A stretch of 64,000 nt of DNA from Alphaproteobacteria bacterium (GCA_965243135.1 OZ251539.1:3104001-3168000); one strand, 5' to 3'. Numbered from the stretch's first letter, positions 19,234 through 33,156 are shown. Numbers and translations are program-made. The notes: generated by a model not told the origin, from the letters alone.

Positions 19234-20618
19234 AACCTCTCTGGACATCGGAATGCGCGGCCGCCGCGACCGGAGGCCGCTCGACCCGCGCCTGGAGCGC
19301 GACCGGCATCTCCATCGATTCGCGGACCGTGCGGCCCGGCGACCTCTTCGTGGCGCTCGCCGGACCGAACTTCAACGGCCACGCCTTCGTCAGCGAGGCG
19401 TTCGCGGCCGGAGCCGTCGCCGCCATGGTCGCCGCGGCGCCGGCCGCATGCGGCCCGCTGCTGCTGGTCGACGACACGCTCGAAGCGCTGACCCGCCTCG
19501 CCGCCGCGGCGCGAGCCCGCGCCGGGGCCCGCGTCGCGGCCGTCACCGGCAGCGTCGGCAAGACCGGAGTGAAGCAGGCGATCGCCCACGCGCTCGGCGC
19601 CCAGGGCGCGACGGCCGCCAGCGAGGGCAGCCTCAATAATCATTGGGGCGTTCCCCTGTCGCTCGCCCGCATGCCGGCGGACACCGAGTTCGGCGTCTTC
19701 GAGATCGGCATGAATCACGCCGGCGAAATAACCCCACTCGCATCCCTGGCGCGCCCCGACGCCGCCGTCGTCACCGCGGTGGCGCCGGCCCACATGGCGT
19801 TCTTCGATTCGCTCGAAGACGTGGCGCGGGCCAAGGCGGAAATCTTCTCCGGCCTCGACGGCGGCGCGGCGATCGTCGACCGCGACGGCGAGTATTTCGA
19901 CCTCCTCGCGGAGACGGCGCGGGCGTCCGGCGCGGGCGAAGTGATCGCCTTCGGCAGGCATCCCTGCGCCGACCTGCGCCTGATCGAGAGTCTGGAGGAT
20001 CCCGACGGGGCCGACGTCCGGATTTGCTGGCGGGGCCGCGCCCTCGAGTACCGCGTCGGCCTTCCCGGAGCGCACTGGCCCCGCAACAGCCTCGTCGTGC
20101 TCGCCGCCGTTCAGGCCCTCGGCGCCGACGTCGAACGGGCGGCGGCGGCGCTGGCGAGCCTGCCGCCGATGCCCGGCCGCGGCGCGGTTCACGTGGTGAA
20201 TTGGGGCGACGGCGTCATCCGCCTGATCGACGACAGCTACAACGCGAATCCGGAATCGATGGCCGCCGCGCTGAAGACCCTCGGCCGGACGCCGGTGCCC
20301 GAGGGAGGGCGGCGCGTCGCCATTCTCGGCGACATGCTGGAACTGGGAGACATGTCCCGCGCGGCCCATGCCGGGCTGAAACAGAGAATCGAGAGAAACG
20401 GCATCGATCTCGTCTACCTCGCCGGCTCCGAGATGCGGGCGCTGGCCGACGCCCTGCCCTGCGAACGGATCGGCGGCGTCGCGGACGACGCCGGCGGGTT
20501 GATGCCGCTGGCGCTGGCCGGCCTGTCCGCGGGCGACGTCGTGACGGTCAAGTCGTCGAAGGCGGTCGGCCTCGGCCGCATCGTCGAAGCGTTGCTCGAG
20601 CGCCCGGGAAACGCCTGA
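19230..20618 (+). CDS. murF: UDP-MurNAc-pentapeptide synthetase
   Basis: [38 protein letters not shown]. Confidence 0.95.
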   Translation: MKPLWTSECAAAATGGRSTRAWSATGISIDSRTVRPGDLFVALAGPNFNGHAFVSEAFAAGAVAAMVAAAPAACGPLLLVDDTLEALTRLAAAARARAGARVAAVTGSVGKTGVKQAIAHALGAQGATAASEGSLNNHWGVPLSLARMPADTEFGVFEIGMNHAGEITPLASLARPDAAVVTAVAPAHMAFFDSLEDVARAKAEIFSGLDGGAAIVDRDGEYFDLLAETARASGAGEVIAFGRHPCADLRLIESLEDPDGADVRICWRGRALEYRVGLPGAHWPRNSLVVLAAVQALGADVERAAAALASLPPMPGRGAVHVVNWGDGVIRLIDDSYNANPESMAAALKTLGRTPVPEGGRRVAILGDMLELGDMSRAAHAGLKQRIERNGIDLVYLAGSEMRALADALPCERIGGVADDAGGLMPLALAGLSAGDVVTVKSSKAVGLGRIVEALLERPGNA

Positions 20619-20629
20619 GGGGCCGCGCA

Positions 20630-21712
20630 ATGCTGTACAACCTGCTTTTTCCGCTCGCCGACGAATTCGGGCCGTTCAACCTGTTCCGCTACATCACGCT
20701 GCGAACCGGCGGCGCCGTCGTGACGGCCCTGTTCGTGAGCTTCGTCCTGGGTCCGGCGGTGATTCGCCGCCTCCGGGACCGGCAGGCGGAGGGCCAGCCC
20801 ATTCGCGAGGACGGGCCCCAATCCCATCTCGCGACCAAAAAGGGCACGCCCACCATGGGCGGGGTGCTGATCTTGCTGGCGATCGGAAGCGCGACCCTGC
20901 TCTGGGCCGATCTGACCAACGGCTTCATCTGGACCGCGCTGATCGTCACGCTGGGTTTCGGGGCGGTCGGCTTCTTCGACGACTACGCGAAGGTCTCGGC
21001 GCGGTCGAGCCGCGGCCTTCCCGGCAGATACAAGATGCTGGCGCTGCTGGCCATCGCCGCCTGCGCCGCGATCTGGATCGCCCTGATCGCCGCCGAGCCG
21101 CCCGGAATCGCGGTGCCGTTCCTGAAGGACCTCCTGATTCCTCTCGGCTGGCTCTTCGTGCCGTGGGCCGCGCTGGTCATGGTCGGCGCGTCGAACGCCG
21201 TCAACCTGACCGACGGACTGGACGGACTCGCCATCATGCCGGTGCTGATCGCGGCCGCCTGCTTCGCCCTCATCGCCTACGTCGCGGGAAACTTCGTGTT
21301 CGCGAACTACCTGCAGATCCACTTCGTCCGCGGCGCCGGAGAAATGGCGGTGTTCTGCGGCGCGCTGGTCGGCGCCGGACTCGGCTTCCTGTGGTTCAAC
21401 GCGCCGCCCGCCCTCGTGTTCATGGGCGACACCGGATCGCTCGCCGTCGGCGGCGCCCTCGGCGCGGTCGCCATCGTCACCCGGCACGAAATCGTGCTCG
21501 CGATCATCGGCGGCCTGTTCGTGCTCGAAACCGTTTCCGTAATCGTGCAGGTCGCCTCCTTCAAGCTGACCGGAAAACGGCTGTTCCGCATGGCTCCGCT
21601 GCATCACCACTTCGAACAGAAAGGCTGGGCCGAGTCGACGATCGTGGTCCGCTTCTGGATCATCGCCACGATCCTCGCGCTGATCGGTCTCGCCACCCTC
21701 AAGCTGAGATGA
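20630..21712 (+). CDS. mraY: Phospho-MurNAc-pentapeptide transferase
   Basis: [37 protein letters not shown]. Confidence 0.96.
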   Translation: MLYNLLFPLADEFGPFNLFRYITLRTGGAVVTALFVSFVLGPAVIRRLRDRQAEGQPIREDGPQSHLATKKGTPTMGGVLILLAIGSATLLWADLTNGFIWTALIVTLGFGAVGFFDDYAKVSARSSRGLPGRYKMLALLAIAACAAIWIALIAAEPPGIAVPFLKDLLIPLGWLFVPWAALVMVGASNAVNLTDGLDGLAIMPVLIAAACFALIAYVAGNFVFANYLQIHFVRGAGEMAVFCGALVGAGLGFLWFNAPPALVFMGDTGSLAVGGALGAVAIVTRHEIVLAIIGGLFVLETVSVIVQVASFKLTGKRLFRMAPLHHHFEQKGWAESTIVVRFWIIATILALIGLATLKLR

Positions 21713-23073
21713 CGATCCTGCCCGCGTCCCGATCCGCGCAACGCCTCGCCGTGTTCGGCCTGGGAGCGTCCGGACGCGCCGCGGCGCATGCGCTCGCCGC
21801 CGCCGGCGCCGACGTCGCCGCCTGGGACGACGTCGCGGAAGCGCGGGCCGCGGCCGCGCGGGAGGGCGTACCGCTGTCCGACCTCGCACGCGCGGACTGG
21901 ACCCGCTTTCATGCGCTGGTGCTGAGCCCCGGCGTTCCGCTCAGCCACCCGGAGCCGCATCCCGTCGCCAGGCGCGCCGCGGCGGCCGGCGTTTCCGTCA
22001 TCGGCGACATCGAACTGCTGGCCGAGGCCTGCCCCGAAGCCTTCCTGATCGGCGTGACCGGAACCAACGGAAAGTCGACGACGGCGGCGCTGATCCGCCA
22101 CGCGCTGCAAGCGGCCGGCCGCCCCGTCCAGCTCGGCGGGAATTTCGGGCCGCCGGCCCTGGGACTCGCGCCGCCGCGCGCGGGCGAGTGCATCGTGCTC
22201 GAGCTCTCGTCGTACCAGCTCGACCTGACGGCGCGGGCGGCGTTCGACGCGGCCGTCCTGCTCAACGTGACGCCCGACCATCTGGACCGGCACGGAGGCA
22301 TGGCCGGCTACGTCGCCGCCAAGAAACGGATTTTCCGGACCGGGCGTCCCCGCCAGACGGCGATCGTCGGCGTCGACGACCCCCCCTGCCGCGCCGCCGC
22401 CGGAGAGTTGATCCGCGACGGACGCTGGCGCGTCCGCACGATTTCAGCGCTGCGGGAAGCCGACGTCCGCGTGACGGACGGACGGCTGGCCGACGCCGCC
22501 GACGGCGCGTCCGTCCGCGTTCCGGAAACGCTGCGGGGAAGCCACAACTGGCAGAACGCCGCGGCTGCCTGGGCCGTCGCGCGCGCCCGCGGCGTCCCGC
22601 CCGCCGCGATCGCCGCGGCCTTCGAAACCTGGCCCGGCCTGCCCCACCGCATGGAAACCGTCGCCGAGGCCGGCGGCGTCCGGTTCGTCAACGACTCCAA
22701 GGCGACAAACGGCGAAGCCGCGGCGCGGGCTTTGCAGAGCTTTCGCGACGTCTACTGGATCGCCGGCGGGATCGCGAAGGAAGACGGGCTGGCGCCGACG
22801 GAGCCCCATCTCGGCCGCGTGCGGCGCGCCTACCTGATCGGCGACGCGGCCGCCGCCTTCGCGCGGCACCTGAAGGGCCGCGCCCCGGCGGAGATCTCCG
22901 GCAACCTGGAGGACGCCGTTCGCAGCGCGGTCCGGCAGGCAACCGAAGACGGAGCCGCCGCGCCCGTCGTGCTGCTCTCGCCGGCCTGCGCGTCGTTCGA
23001 CCAGTACCGCGATTTCGCGGCGCGCGGCGATCATTTCCGGGCGCTCGCCCGGGAACTGGAGGGCGCGCCGTGA
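21709..23073 (+). CDS. murD: UDP-MurNAc-L-Ala:D-Glu ligase
   Basis: [39 protein letters not shown]. Confidence 0.95.
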   Translation: MTILPASRSAQRLAVFGLGASGRAAAHALAAAGADVAAWDDVAEARAAAAREGVPLSDLARADWTRFHALVLSPGVPLSHPEPHPVARRAAAAGVSVIGDIELLAEACPEAFLIGVTGTNGKSTTAALIRHALQAAGRPVQLGGNFGPPALGLAPPRAGECIVLELSSYQLDLTARAAFDAAVLLNVTPDHLDRHGGMAGYVAAKKRIFRTGRPRQTAIVGVDDPPCRAAAGELIRDGRWRVRTISALREADVRVTDGRLADAADGASVRVPETLRGSHNWQNAAAAWAVARARGVPPAAIAAAFETWPGLPHRMETVAEAGGVRFVNDSKATNGEAAARALQSFRDVYWIAGGIAKEDGLAPTEPHLGRVRRAYLIGDAAAAFARHLKGRAPAEISGNLEDAVRSAVRQATEDGAAAPVVLLSPACASFDQYRDFAARGDHFRALARELEGAP

Positions 23074-24188
23074 CGGTCTTCGCAAGGTCGGGGTTGCCGG
23101 GCCGGTGGTGGTGGACCATCGACCACTGGTTGCTGTTCGCCGCCGGCATGCTCATCGGATTCGGAGTTATCATGGCGTTCGCCGCCGGCGGACCGGTCGC
23201 GGAGACCATCGGACTCGGCCACTTTCATTTCGGGCAGCGCCAGCTGCTCCAGCACCTGCCGATCGCGATGGCGGCGATGCTCGGCGCGTCCCTGCTTTCT
23301 CCGGCGGGAGTCCTGCGCGTTTCCGTCCTGCTTCTCGCGATCTTCGCCGTCCTCCTCGTCGCGACGCTGTTCGGCGGCGCGATCAAGGGCGCGCAGCGCT
23401 GGGTCTCCCTCGGCCCGCTGTCCCTTCAGCCGTCCGAGTTCATCAAGCCGTCCTTCGCGGTGGTCGCCGCCTGGCTCTTCGCCGCCGCGCGGTCGGGCGC
23501 GCTGCCCCGCGGCAATCTGCTCTCGATCGCCGCATTCGGCGCGTTGACGGGCCTGATCCTGATGCAGCCGGACGTGGGGATGGCCGCGACGATCACGGCC
23601 GTCTGGATCTGCCAGTTCTTCCTCGCCGGGTTGTCCATCGGCTGGGCGGCGCTGCTCGGCGTCGCCGGGGCCGCGACCCTGATCGCGTCGTATTTCCTGC
23701 TGCCGCACGTCGCGAGCCGCGTAAACCGCTTCTTCGATCCGTCCTCGGGCGACAGCTTCCAGGTCGACCGGTCGCTGGAGGCGTTCAGGAACGGCGGGCT
23801 CTTCGGACGCGGCCCGGGAGAAGGCACGGTGAAGGAGCACCTGCCCGACGCCCATGCCGACTTCGTGCTCGCGGTGGCGGGAGAGGAGTTCGGCCTCGTC
23901 GTCTGCCTGATGGTCGTGTTCCTCTTCGCCTTCATCGTCCTGCGCGGCTTCGCCCGGCTGTTGCGGCAGACCGACCTGTTCGTCCTGATCGCGGTTTCCG
24001 GCCTGCTCGTGCAGTTCGGCCTGCAGGGGGTCATCAACATGGCGTCGACGCTGCACCTGATGCCGACCAAGGGCATGACCCTCCCCTTCGTGAGCTACGG
24101 CGGCTCGTCGCTCGTCGCCACCGCGATCTGCATGGGCTTCCTGCTGGCGCTGACGCGGCGGCGCTACCGGGCGGGAACGCTGTCGTGA
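23070..24188 (+). CDS. ftsW: Peptidoglycan polymerase FtsW
   Basis: [26 protein letters not shown]; GTG start overlapping murD stop. Confidence 0.94.
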   Translation: MTVFARSGLPGRWWWTIDHWLLFAAGMLIGFGVIMAFAAGGPVAETIGLGHFHFGQRQLLQHLPIAMAAMLGASLLSPAGVLRVSVLLLAIFAVLLVATLFGGAIKGAQRWVSLGPLSLQPSEFIKPSFAVVAAWLFAAARSGALPRGNLLSIAAFGALTGLILMQPDVGMAATITAVWICQFFLAGLSIGWAALLGVAGAATLIASYFLLPHVASRVNRFFDPSSGDSFQVDRSLEAFRNGGLFGRGPGEGTVKEHLPDAHADFVLAVAGEEFGLVVCLMVVFLFAFIVLRGFARLLRQTDLFVLIAVSGLLVQFGLQGVINMASTLHLMPTKGMTLPFVSYGGSSLVATAICMGFLLALTRRRYRAGTLS

Positions 24189-25279
24189 CCGGGCGCGTCG
24201 TTCTCGCGGCCGGCGGCACCGGCGGACACGTCTTTCCGGCGCTGGCCGTGGCGGACGAATTGCTGCGCCGCGGCTACCGGGTCTCGCTCGCGACGGATTC
24301 GCGCGGCGCCGGATTCGGCGACCGCGCTTCCGGCATCGACGTCCACCGCGTCGCCGCGTCGAACGTCCGCGGCGGCGCGGTCTCCAGGATCGGAGGCGCG
24401 CTCGCCGTCGGCGCCGGCGCGGTCCAGGCCTGGCTGCTGCTGGCCCGCCTTCGCCCCGCCGGCGTCGTGGGTTTCGGCGGCTATCCGTCCGTTCCCACGA
24501 CGATGGCCGCCGCCGCCAGGCGGATCCCCATCGTCATCCACGAGCAGAACGCCGTGCTCGGGCGCGCCAACCGCCTCGTGGCGGGACGCGCCGCCGCGAT
24601 CGCGGCCTCGTTCGAGCGCACGCTCGGCATCCGGGACGCGGACAGGCCGCGAACCTTCGTGACCGGCAATCCGGTGCGCGCCGCCTTCGGCGAAGCCCGC
24701 GCGCGGGCGTATCCGCCCGCGGACGGGCGCATAGGGCTGCTGGTCCTCGGCGGCAGCCAGGGCGCGGCGATCTTCGCCGAGGTCGTGCCGCAAGCCTTCG
24801 CCGCCCTGTCGGCGGCGCTGCGCCGGCGCTTCGCCGTGACCCAGCAGTGCCGGCCCGAGGATCTCGGGCGGACCCGCCGCGCCTATCGGGAAATCGGAGT
24901 TCAAGCCGAACTCGCGACGTTCTTCGACGACGTTCCCGACCGAATGGCGGCCGCCCATGCGGTCGTCGCCCGCGCCGGCGCGTCGACCGTCGCCGAACTG
25001 GCCGAGGCGGGCCGTCCCGCGATTCTCGCGCCCTATCCGCACGCGTCCGACGACCACCAGACGGCGAACGCGCGGGCCGTCGCGGACGGCGCCGCCTGGC
25101 TGCTTCCCGCGGGCGAGTTCACGGCCGCCGCCGTGGCGGCCCTGCTCCGCGAATTCGCGAACGACCCGGGCGTCCTCGCCCGCGCCGCCGCGGCGATGCG
25201 CGAGCGCGGCGGGCGCAACGCGGCGGGCGCGCTGGTCGACCGGCTGGAGCAGCTGGTCGGCCGGGAGAAGGCGGCATGA
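24185..25279 (+). CDS. murG: Lipid II GlcNAc transferase
   Basis: [32 protein letters not shown]. Confidence 0.95.
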   Translation: MTGRVVLAAGGTGGHVFPALAVADELLRRGYRVSLATDSRGAGFGDRASGIDVHRVAASNVRGGAVSRIGGALAVGAGAVQAWLLLARLRPAGVVGFGGYPSVPTTMAAAARRIPIVIHEQNAVLGRANRLVAGRAAAIAASFERTLGIRDADRPRTFVTGNPVRAAFGEARARAYPPADGRIGLLVLGGSQGAAIFAEVVPQAFAALSAALRRRFAVTQQCRPEDLGRTRRAYREIGVQAELATFFDDVPDRMAAAHAVVARAGASTVAELAEAGRPAILAPYPHASDDHQTANARAVADGAAWLLPAGEFTAAAVAALLREFANDPGVLARAAAAMRERGGRNAAGALVDRLEQLVGREKAA

Positions 25280-26685
25280 GAAGCCTGCCCCTCGACATCG
25301 GCACCCTCCACTTCGTGGGCATCGGCGGCATCGGCATGTCCGGCATCGCCGAGATACTGCACAGCCTCGGATACGCGGTGCGCGGGAGCGATCTCGCCGC
25401 GGGCGCGAACGTCGGGCGCCTGCGGGGGCTGGGGATCGACGTCGCGATCGGGCACGACGCCGCCAACGTCGGGGATGCCGCGGTGGTGGTGGTTTCGTCG
25501 GCCGTCGGCTCGGACAACCCCGAAATCCACGAAGCGCGGCAGCGCCTGGTGCCCGTCGTTCCGCGCGCCGAGATGCTCGCCGAGATCATGCGCCTCAAAT
25601 GGGGCGTCGCGGTCGCGGGAACGCACGGCAAGACGACCACGACCTCGCTGGTCGCGGCGGTGATGGACGCCGCGGGATTCGACCCCACGGTCGTCAACGG
25701 CGGCATCATCAACGCCTACGGCACCAACGCGCGCTTGGGCGCGGGCGACTGGATTGTCGTCGAGGCCGACGAATCCGACGGCACCTTCGTGCGGCTGCCG
25801 GCCACCATCGCCGTCGTGACCAGCCTCGATTCCGAGCATATGGACCATTACGGCGACTTCGCGGCCCTCCGCGCCGCCTTCGCGTCCTTCGTGCAGAACA
25901 TTCCGTTCTACGGCTTCGCGACGATCTGCATCGACGACCCCGAGGTGCAGGCGCTGATCCCCGAGATCTCCGACCGGCCGGTGGTGACCTACGGGCTGAG
26001 CCCGCAGGCCGACGTGCGGGCGACCGCCATCGAGACCGGCGCCGCCGGATCGCGTTTCGCGGTGTCCGCGACCGACCGCGCGGCGGCCGCCGTCCGCGAC
26101 CTCGGCGAGTTCGAGTTGCCGATGGTCGGGCGGCACAACGTCCAGAACGCGCTCGCCGCGATCGCCGTCGCCATGGAGATGGGCGTCGCGGCCGACGTCG
26201 TCAGGCGGGCGCTCGCGGCGTTCGGCGGCGTGAAGCGCCGCTTCACGCGGACCGGCGTCGTCCGCGGCGTTACGATAATCGACGACTACGGACACCATCC
26301 GGCGGAAATCGCGGCGGTTCTGTCGGCCGCGCGAGCCAGCGCCGCGCGCAACGTGGTGGCCGTCGTTCAACCGCACCGCTATTCGCGGGTGCGCGACCTG
26401 TTCGACAGCTTCTGCACCTGCTTCAACGACGCCGACACGGTGATCGTCGCGGACGTCTATCCCGCGGGCGAAGCGCCGCTTCCCGGCATCGACCGGGACG
26501 CCCTGGTGCGCGGCCTTCGCATGCGCGGCCACCGCGGCGTCATCCCCCTCGAGAACGCCGACGCGCTCTCCGGAATCGTCGCGGAGACCGCCCGCGCGGG
26601 CGATTACGTCGTCTGCCTCGGGGCCGGCGACATCACCGCGTGGGCCAACGGCCTGCCGGCGGCCCTGCAGGCGGAAGCATGCTGA
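25276..26685 (+). CDS. murC: UDP-MurNAc:L-Ala ligase
   Basis: [32 protein letters not shown]. Confidence 0.96.
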   Translation: MRSLPLDIGTLHFVGIGGIGMSGIAEILHSLGYAVRGSDLAAGANVGRLRGLGIDVAIGHDAANVGDAAVVVVSSAVGSDNPEIHEARQRLVPVVPRAEMLAEIMRLKWGVAVAGTHGKTTTTSLVAAVMDAAGFDPTVVNGGIINAYGTNARLGAGDWIVVEADESDGTFVRLPATIAVVTSLDSEHMDHYGDFAALRAAFASFVQNIPFYGFATICIDDPEVQALIPEISDRPVVTYGLSPQADVRATAIETGAAGSRFAVSATDRAAAAVRDLGEFELPMVGRHNVQNALAAIAVAMEMGVAADVVRRALAAFGGVKRRFTRTGVVRGVTIIDDYGHHPAEIAAVLSAARASAARNVVAVVQPHRYSRVRDLFDSFCTCFNDADTVIVADVYPAGEAPLPGIDRDALVRGLRMRGHRGVIPLENADALSGIVAETARAGDYVVCLGAGDITAWANGLPAALQAEAC

Positions 26686-27596
26686 CCGCGCCGCCGCGCC
26701 TCCTCGACCGGCTGCCGCCGGTTCGCGGCCTGCTCCGGGAAAGGGCGCCGCTCGCCGGGCTGTCCTGGTTCCGGACCGGCGGACCGGCGGAGGTGCTGTT
26801 CCGGCCGGCCGACGCCGACGATCTGTCGGCTTTCCTGCGCCGGCTCGACCCCGAAATCGACGTGACGGTGATCGGCCTCGGATCCAACACGCTCGTGCGC
26901 GACGGCGGCGTCGACGGCGTCGTGGTGGCGCCCGGAAAGGCGTTTTCCGGAATCTCGTTCGACGGCGACCGGGTCGCGGCCGGGGCCGGCGCGCCGGGCG
27001 CGGCGGTCGCCCGCGCCTGCCGCGACCGCGCGATAGCGGAGCTGGAATTCCTCGCCGGCATCCCGGGCACGATCGGCGGCGCCCTGCGGATGAACGCCGG
27101 CGCCTACGGAAAGGAAATCTCCGACGTCGTCGTCGACGCCCGGGCGTTCGACCGGCAGGGCCGGCTTCGCGTCCTGCCGCGCGCCGAGCTCGGCCTCGCC
27201 TACCGAAACTGCGCGGTGGACGCGGACTGGATCTTCGTCTCCGCCCGCCTCCAGGGCAAGCCCGGCCGGAAGCGCGAGATCGCGCGGCGCATGGCCGAAA
27301 TCGCCGACCGGCGCAAATCCACTCAGCCGGTGCAGTCGCGAACCGGCGGATCGACCTTCCGCAATCCCGAATCCGGGAGCGCCTGGGAGTTCATCGAAGC
27401 GGCGGGATGCCGGGGGCTTTCGGTCGGCGGCGCGGCCGTATCCGAGCTCCACTGCAACTTCCTGGTCAACGACGGGACCGCGACCGCGGCCGACATAGAG
27501 ACCCTGGGCGAACGGATACGCGAGCGCGTGCTGGCCCGCTGCGGCGTGACGCTGGAATGGGAGATTCGACGCATCGGCCGGGAGAGGCCGCAATGA
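26679..27596 (+). CDS. murB: UDP-N-acetylenolpyruvoylglucosamine reductase
   Basis: [36 protein letters not shown]. Confidence 0.95.
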   Translation: MLTAPPRLLDRLPPVRGLLRERAPLAGLSWFRTGGPAEVLFRPADADDLSAFLRRLDPEIDVTVIGLGSNTLVRDGGVDGVVVAPGKAFSGISFDGDRVAAGAGAPGAAVARACRDRAIAELEFLAGIPGTIGGALRMNAGAYGKEISDVVVDARAFDRQGRLRVLPRAELGLAYRNCAVDADWIFVSARLQGKPGRKREIARRMAEIADRRKSTQPVQSRTGGSTFRNPESGSAWEFIEAAGCRGLSVGGAAVSELHCNFLVNDGTATAADIETLGERIRERVLARCGVTLEWEIRRIGRERPQ

Positions 27597-28489
27597 AGGA
27601 GTCGGTCGCGCTTCTGATGGGCGGATGGTCGAACGAACGCGAGGTGTCGCTCAGCAGCGGCGCCGAGATAGCCCGCGCTCTGGACGCGGCGGGCTACGAG
27701 GTGCGCCCGATCGACGTGCGCCGCGACGTCGACGATCTGCTCGGAAGGCTCGACCCGAAGCCCGACGTGGTCTTCAACGCGCTGCACGGCCGGTACGGGG
27801 AGGACGGCTGCATCCAGGGCGTCCTCGAATGCCTCGGCTTGCGCTACACGCATTCCGGCGTGCTCGCCTCCGCTCTCGCGATGCACAAGCCGATGGCCAA
27901 GTGCCTGTTCGAGACGGCGGGAATCCCCTGCCCGCCGCACCGGATCGTCGACCCCGGCGAACTCCGCCGCGGCGGCGCGATGCCGCCCCCCTACGTCGTC
28001 AAGCCGCTCAACGAAGGCTCGAGCATCGGCGTGCGCATCGTGACGGACGCGCCGCCGCAGGACTGGCGATTCGGCGATCGGATCATGGTCGAGGAATACG
28101 TTCCCGGACGCGAGCTCACGGTCGGGGTGATGGGCGACCGGGCGCTCGGCGTCACCGAAATCCGGCCGACGGACGGCTTCTACGACTACGGCGCCAAATA
28201 TACGGAGGGCAAGGCGGAGCACTTGCTGCCCGCGCCGGTCGACGAAGCGATTCGCGAAGCGGCCATGGATTACGCCGTCCGGGCGCACCGGGCGCTGGGT
28301 TGCCGCGGCGTGACCCGCGCGGACTTCCGCTACGACGACGCGAGCGAGTCGGAAGGGTTGTACCTCCTCGAAGTCAACACGCAGCCGGGCATGACGCCGC
28401 TCTCCCTGGTGCCCGAGGCCGCCGCCCATGCCGGAATTTCGTTCGAAGAACTTGTCTGCTGGATGGTGGAGAACGCCTCATGCGAATGA
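27593..28489 (+). CDS. ddl: D-alanine--D-alanine ligase
   Basis: [36 protein letters not shown]. Confidence 0.95.
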   Translation: MKESVALLMGGWSNEREVSLSSGAEIARALDAAGYEVRPIDVRRDVDDLLGRLDPKPDVVFNALHGRYGEDGCIQGVLECLGLRYTHSGVLASALAMHKPMAKCLFETAGIPCPPHRIVDPGELRRGGAMPPPYVVKPLNEGSSIGVRIVTDAPPQDWRFGDRIMVEEYVPGRELTVGVMGDRALGVTEIRPTDGFYDYGAKYTEGKAEHLLPAPVDEAIREAAMDYAVRAHRALGCRGVTRADFRYDDASESEGLYLLEVNTQPGMTPLSLVPEAAAHAGISFEELVCWMVENASCE

Positions 28490-29292
28490 AAGCGCGCCGA
28501 AACGCGCGACGCCGGCCTGCGCCGCGATGGGCGAGACGGACGGTCCGGGCCGGCGCCGCGGCGGCGCTGGCGGCCGTCGCGCTGGGCGGCGCGGCGTGGC
28601 TCTGGCAATCGGGGCGCGTCGAGATCGCGGCCGGACGCGCGTTCGACGGCCTGGCGACGCGAATGGCCGTCGCCGGCGTACGGGTCGAGAACGTCTTTCT
28701 GGAGGGCCGGCGTCACGAATCGTCCGATTCCGTGGCGGCGGCGCTCGCCATCCCGCGCGGAGCGCCGATGCTCGGCATCGATCTCGAGGCGGCGCGGCGG
28801 CGGCTGGAAAAGCTGCCGTGGATTCGATCCGCGGGCGTCGAGCGCCGGTTCCCCGACACCGTTCGCGTCACGATCGTCGAACGCCGGCCGCTGGCGCTCT
28901 GGCAGCGGCGCAACGAACTGGTCCTGATCGACGACCGCGGCGGCGTCATCCCGCACGGGAACCTGGAACGGTTCCCCGGCCTGCTCGTCGTCGTCGGCAA
29001 GGACGCTCCGGCCCATGTCGGGGCGTTGCTGCGGATCCTCTCGAACGAGCCGGCCCTGAAGAAGCGCGTGAACGCCGCCGTCCGGGTGGGGGCGCGGCGC
29101 TGGAACCTGCGCATGGACAACGGCGTCTACGTCTGGCTGCCCGAAAGGGGGGCGCTCGACGCCTGGAGCCGCCTGGCGCGGTTCGAACGCCTGCACGGCC
29201 TTCTCGAGCAGGATCTGCAGTCGATCGACCTGCGCATGCCGGACCAACTGATCGTCCGCACCCGCGGACCTGTCAAGGGAAAGAAGACCTGA
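28480..29292 (+). CDS. ftsQ: Cell division protein FtsQ
   Basis: Basic N-tail, TM, POTRA (LEKLPWI..A.V.R.FPDT), IDLRMPD. Confidence 0.9.
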   Translation: MRMKARRNARRRPAPRWARRTVRAGAAAALAAVALGGAAWLWQSGRVEIAAGRAFDGLATRMAVAGVRVENVFLEGRRHESSDSVAAALAIPRGAPMLGIDLEAARRRLEKLPWIRSAGVERRFPDTVRVTIVERRPLALWQRRNELVLIDDRGGVIPHGNLERFPGLLVVVGKDAPAHVGALLRILSNEPALKKRVNAAVRVGARRWNLRMDNGVYVWLPERGALDAWSRLARFERLHGLLEQDLQSIDLRMPDQLIVRTRGPVKGKKT

Positions 29293-30503
29293 TGATCATC
29301 GCCGCACTTGACGTCGGCAGTTCCAAGATCTGCTGCTTTATCGCCCACGCGGGGGCGGACGGCGCCATTCGGGTCGTCGGCGCCGCCCAGCAGGCTTCCG
29401 AAGGCGTTCGCAGGGGCAACGTCGTCGACATGCAAGCCGCGCAGGGCGCCATCCTCTCCGCCGTCATCGGGGCGGAGGAACTGAGCGAAGAGCGGATAAA
29501 CAAGGCCCTGATCAACCTGTCGGGAGGCGGAATCCGTTCCCACATCCGGGAAATCGACCTGTCGATCGGCGGACACGAGGTTACGGCGAACGACCTTCGC
29601 CACGCGCGAGAGCGGAGTCTCGTGGACGGACTGCCGGAAGACCGCGAGCTTCTGCACTGCCTTCCGGTCGGATACGCGATCGACGGCAACCTCGTCGAAG
29701 CGCCGCTCGGCATGGTCGGCGAGAATCTCGAGGTGAGATTCCATCACGCCAGCGCCGCCGCCGGACCGCTGCGCAACCTGCGCAGCTGCATCGCCCGCTG
29801 CCATCTCGAGATCGATGGGATCGTCGTCACGCCTTACGCTTCGGGCCTGTCCTGCCTGGACGAGGACGACCGGAACCTCGGAGCCGTGGTGATCGACATG
29901 GGCGGCGGCACGACGACGGTCGCCGTGTTCCAGGAGAATCGCGCGGTGTTCGTCGATTCCGTGCCGGTCGGGGGAAGCCACGTCACGAACGACATCGCCC
30001 GGGGGCTTTCGACCCCGGTCGTCCATGCCGAGCGCATGAAGACGCTGTACGGCACCGCCGTCGCCTCGCCGTCGGACGATCGCGACGTCATCGACGTCCC
30101 GCTGGTCGGCGAGGAGAACCACGAACAGCCGAACCACGTCCCGCGGTCGCTGCTCGTCGGAATCGTGCGGCCGCGCCTCGAGGAAACGTTCGAACTGGTT
30201 CGCGACAGCCTCGAATCGAGCGGCGCGCTGCAGGTGGCGGGACGCCGCATCGTCATCACCGGCGGCGCCTCGCAGCTGGCCGGCGCCGCCCTGATCGCCG
30301 AGCGGGTGCTCGGAAGCCAGGTGCGGTTCGGACGGCCGCTCGCCGTCGCCGGCCTTGCCGAGGCGATGAACGGCCCGGCCTTCAGCGCTTGCGCGGGCCT
30401 GCTGCGATACGGCGTCGACAAGCGCGTCGGCGACGAAAGCCGGGACGAGAACCGGAAGGGGCGGCTCTCCCGCCTCGGCCAATGGTTGAGAAGCAGTTTC
30501 TGA
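29292..30503 (+). CDS. ftsA: Cell division protein FtsA
   Basis: [35 protein letters not shown]-terminal amphipathic LGQWLRSSF. Confidence 0.95.
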   Translation: MIIAALDVGSSKICCFIAHAGADGAIRVVGAAQQASEGVRRGNVVDMQAAQGAILSAVIGAEELSEERINKALINLSGGGIRSHIREIDLSIGGHEVTANDLRHARERSLVDGLPEDRELLHCLPVGYAIDGNLVEAPLGMVGENLEVRFHHASAAAGPLRNLRSCIARCHLEIDGIVVTPYASGLSCLDEDDRNLGAVVIDMGGGTTTVAVFQENRAVFVDSVPVGGSHVTNDIARGLSTPVVHAERMKTLYGTAVASPSDDRDVIDVPLVGEENHEQPNHVPRSLLVGIVRPRLEETFELVRDSLESSGALQVAGRRIVITGGASQLAGAALIAERVLGSQVRFGRPLAVAGLAEAMNGPAFSACAGLLRYGVDKRVGDESRDENRKGRLSRLGQWLRSSF

Positions 30504-30540
30504 CACCGGGCGTTGCCCGTTCCACTCGAAGGAGGAGAAG

Positions 30541-32115
30541 ATGAACATCAATCTTTCCGTTCCCCAGCATCAGTACTCGCCCAAACCGCGGATCACCGTG
30601 ATCGGCGTGGGCGGCGGCGGTTGCAACGCCGTCAACAACATGATCTCGTCGCAGCTCGCCGGGATCGAATTCGTCGTGGCGAACACCGACGTCCAGGCTC
30701 TGGAGCAGAGTCTCGCCGACCGCAGGATCGTGCTCGGCAGGCAGACCACCGGCGGCCTCGGGGTCGGCGCCCGGCCCGAGCACGGTCGCGCCGCCGCCGA
30801 GGAGGCGACGGACGAGCTCATGGAGGTCCTCGAAGGGACTCATATGGTGTTCATCGCCGCCGGAATGGGCGGCGGCACGGGCACCGGGGCCGCGCCCGTA
30901 ATCGCCCGGCTCGCCCGCGAGAACGGGATTCTGACGGTGGGCGTCGTGACCAAGCCGTTCGCCTTCGAGGGTCCGACCCGGATGCAGATCGCGGAGAACG
31001 GCATCGCGGAAATGCAGCAATACGTGGACACGCTGATCGTCATTCCGAACCAGCACCTGTTCAGGGTGGCGACCGAGAAGACGACCTGCGCCGAAGCCTT
31101 TTCGATGGCCGACGAGGTTCTCCATTCCGGCGTGCGGGGCGTCACCGACCTCATGCTGGTGCCGGGGCTGATCAATCTGGATTTCGCCGACATCCGCACG
31201 GTCATGAGCGAGATGGGCAAGGCCGTGATGGGGACCGGCGAAGCCGAAGGCGAAGACCGCGCCGAGAAAGCGGCCGAGGCGGCGATATCGAACCCCTTGC
31301 TCGAGGATGCGTCGATGAAGGGAGCCCGCGGCGTTCTGATCAACATCACGGGCGGCTCCGACATGACGCTGTACGAAGTCGACAAGGCGGCCAGCCGGAT
31401 CGGCCAGGAAGTGGATCCCGAGGCGACCATCATCTTCGGCTCCACCATCGACGAGACCTTCGACGGCAGGATGCGGGTCTCGGTGGTCGCCACCGGCATC
31501 GACGTGCACCTCGTGGAGGCCCGGCCGCGCCCGGCCCTCAAGGTTCTGCCGGACCCGGACCGGCAGGACGCCGATGCGCAACCCGCGTTCGTCGCGCCGG
31601 CGCAGGATCCCGCGCCGGCGGTTCGCCCCGAAACGGCGGCGTTCGCGGGCGCGCCCGACGCGCAACCCGCTGCGGAGGTCGTGGACGCGCGGCAGAAAGC
31701 CGCCGCCCCGCCCGCGGCGGAGCCCGCCGTCTCGACCGTCGTGGCGAACGAGCGTCCCGCGCCCGCCGCCGAGCGCCCGCCGATGACGGCCGCCGCCTCT
31801 TCCTCCGCCCATCCCGCCGCGCCTCGCGTCGGACGCGACGACGCCTTCCTGCCGCCGCCGCCGGTGGATCCTCGCGCCAAGTCTCCCGGAAACCCGATCG
31901 ACGAGGACGGAAACAAGCGCCGCCGCAACGCCGGACTCTTCTCGCGGGTCACCGGCGCCGGACGCCAGGCGGAACCCGAGGCGGCGCCGGAGGCTGCGTC
32001 CGAGCCGAAATCCGTTCCGCAGAGCGCGCCGCAGCCGGAACCGACTCTCTCGGCGGTGGAGCAGGAGGAGGACCTGCTCGAGATTCCCGCGTTCCTGCGC
32101 CGCCAGGCGAACTGA
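30541..32115 (+). CDS. ftsZ: Cell division protein FtsZ (long alphaproteobacterial linker)
   Basis: [27 protein letters not shown]-terminal [12 protein letters not shown]. Confidence 0.97.
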   Translation: MNINLSVPQHQYSPKPRITVIGVGGGGCNAVNNMISSQLAGIEFVVANTDVQALEQSLADRRIVLGRQTTGGLGVGARPEHGRAAAEEATDELMEVLEGTHMVFIAAGMGGGTGTGAAPVIARLARENGILTVGVVTKPFAFEGPTRMQIAENGIAEMQQYVDTLIVIPNQHLFRVATEKTTCAEAFSMADEVLHSGVRGVTDLMLVPGLINLDFADIRTVMSEMGKAVMGTGEAEGEDRAEKAAEAAISNPLLEDASMKGARGVLINITGGSDMTLYEVDKAASRIGQEVDPEATIIFGSTIDETFDGRMRVSVVATGIDVHLVEARPRPALKVLPDPDRQDADAQPAFVAPAQDPAPAVRPETAAFAGAPDAQPAAEVVDARQKAAAPPAAEPAVSTVVANERPAPAAERPPMTAAASSSAHPAAPRVGRDDAFLPPPPVDPRAKSPGNPIDEDGNKRRRNAGLFSRVTGAGRQAEPEAAPEAASEPKSVPQSAPQPEPTLSAVEQEEDLLEIPAFLRRQAN

Positions 32116-32230
32116 GCGTCAGGTAACATTCCGTAACATTTATTGATTTGAGGATCTTGGGGCATGCGCTATGTTGCCCTCGGATCTTCGCCGGAGGAGA
32201 TCCTGTCTTGAAGCGGGAGCGGCCGAACGG

Positions 32231-33100
32231 GTGACCAGACAGAGGACCTTGAAGTCTTCCGCCGGATGCGGAGGCGTCGCCTTGCATTCGGGATTGCGGA
32301 CAACGCTGAAACTGATGCCGGCGGACGCGAACGCCGGCATCCGCATTCGGCGAACGGATCTTTTCAACGGCGCGCGGGAGATAACGGCCAGCTGGCGGCA
32401 TGTCGTCGACACGCACCTGTCGACCACGATCGCCAACGGGCACGGCGCCGCCATCGGCACGGTGGAGCACCTGTTTTCGGCCCTGGCCTGCTGCGGGATC
32501 GACAACGCCGTCGTCGAGGTCGACGGGCCGGAAATCCCGATCATGGACGGCAGCGCGGCGCCGTTCGTGTCCATGATCGAGCGCGCCGGCGTCGCCGAGC
32601 AGGACGCGCCGCGCCGGGCGATCAGGGTGCTCAAGCCGGTTTCCGTGGGCGACGACCGCCGGTCGCTGTCCATCGCCCCGGCGGAAACGTTCAGCGTGGA
32701 TTTCGAGATCGAGTTCGACGACGCGGCGATCGGCCGGCAGGAATATCGTTTCGAGACCGCGCGGACGGACCTCAAGACGGACATCGCCCTCGCCCGCACG
32801 TTCGCCCGCCGCGCGGACGTTAACGCGTTGCTGGAGGCCGGCTACGGACGCGGCGGATCGCTCGACAACACCGTGGTCGTGGACGACGGCGAGATTCTCA
32901 ACGAGGGCGGCCTTCGTTACGAGAACGAGTTCGTGCGCCACAAGATTCTCGACTGCATCGGAGATCTCTATCTGGCCGGCGGGCCGGTGATCGGCGCGGT
33001 GACCGCGCGCCGGTCGGGCCACGAACTCAACAACCTGCTGCTGCGCTCTCTCTTCGCCGATCCGGACGCATGGACCGCGGTCGAGGGGCTGCCCGCCTGA
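32231..33100 (+). CDS. lpxC: UDP-3-O-acyl-GlcNAc deacetylase
   Basis: QRTL, G.ALHSG, TVEHLFSAL, EIPIMDGS, HKILDCIGDL; GTG start chosen, in-frame ATG at 32171 also possible. Confidence 0.93.
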   Translation: MTRQRTLKSSAGCGGVALHSGLRTTLKLMPADANAGIRIRRTDLFNGAREITASWRHVVDTHLSTTIANGHGAAIGTVEHLFSALACCGIDNAVVEVDGPEIPIMDGSAAPFVSMIERAGVAEQDAPRRAIRVLKPVSVGDDRRSLSIAPAETFSVDFEIEFDDAAIGRQEYRFETARTDLKTDIALARTFARRADVNALLEAGYGRGGSLDNTVVVDDGEILNEGGLRYENEFVRHKILDCIGDLYLAGGPVIGAVTARRSGHELNNLLLRSLFADPDAWTAVEGLPA

Positions 33101-33156
33101 CGCGCTTCCGATTCTCCGGGAGTGATATTCCGCCCCTACGGTGCTATAACGCGGAC

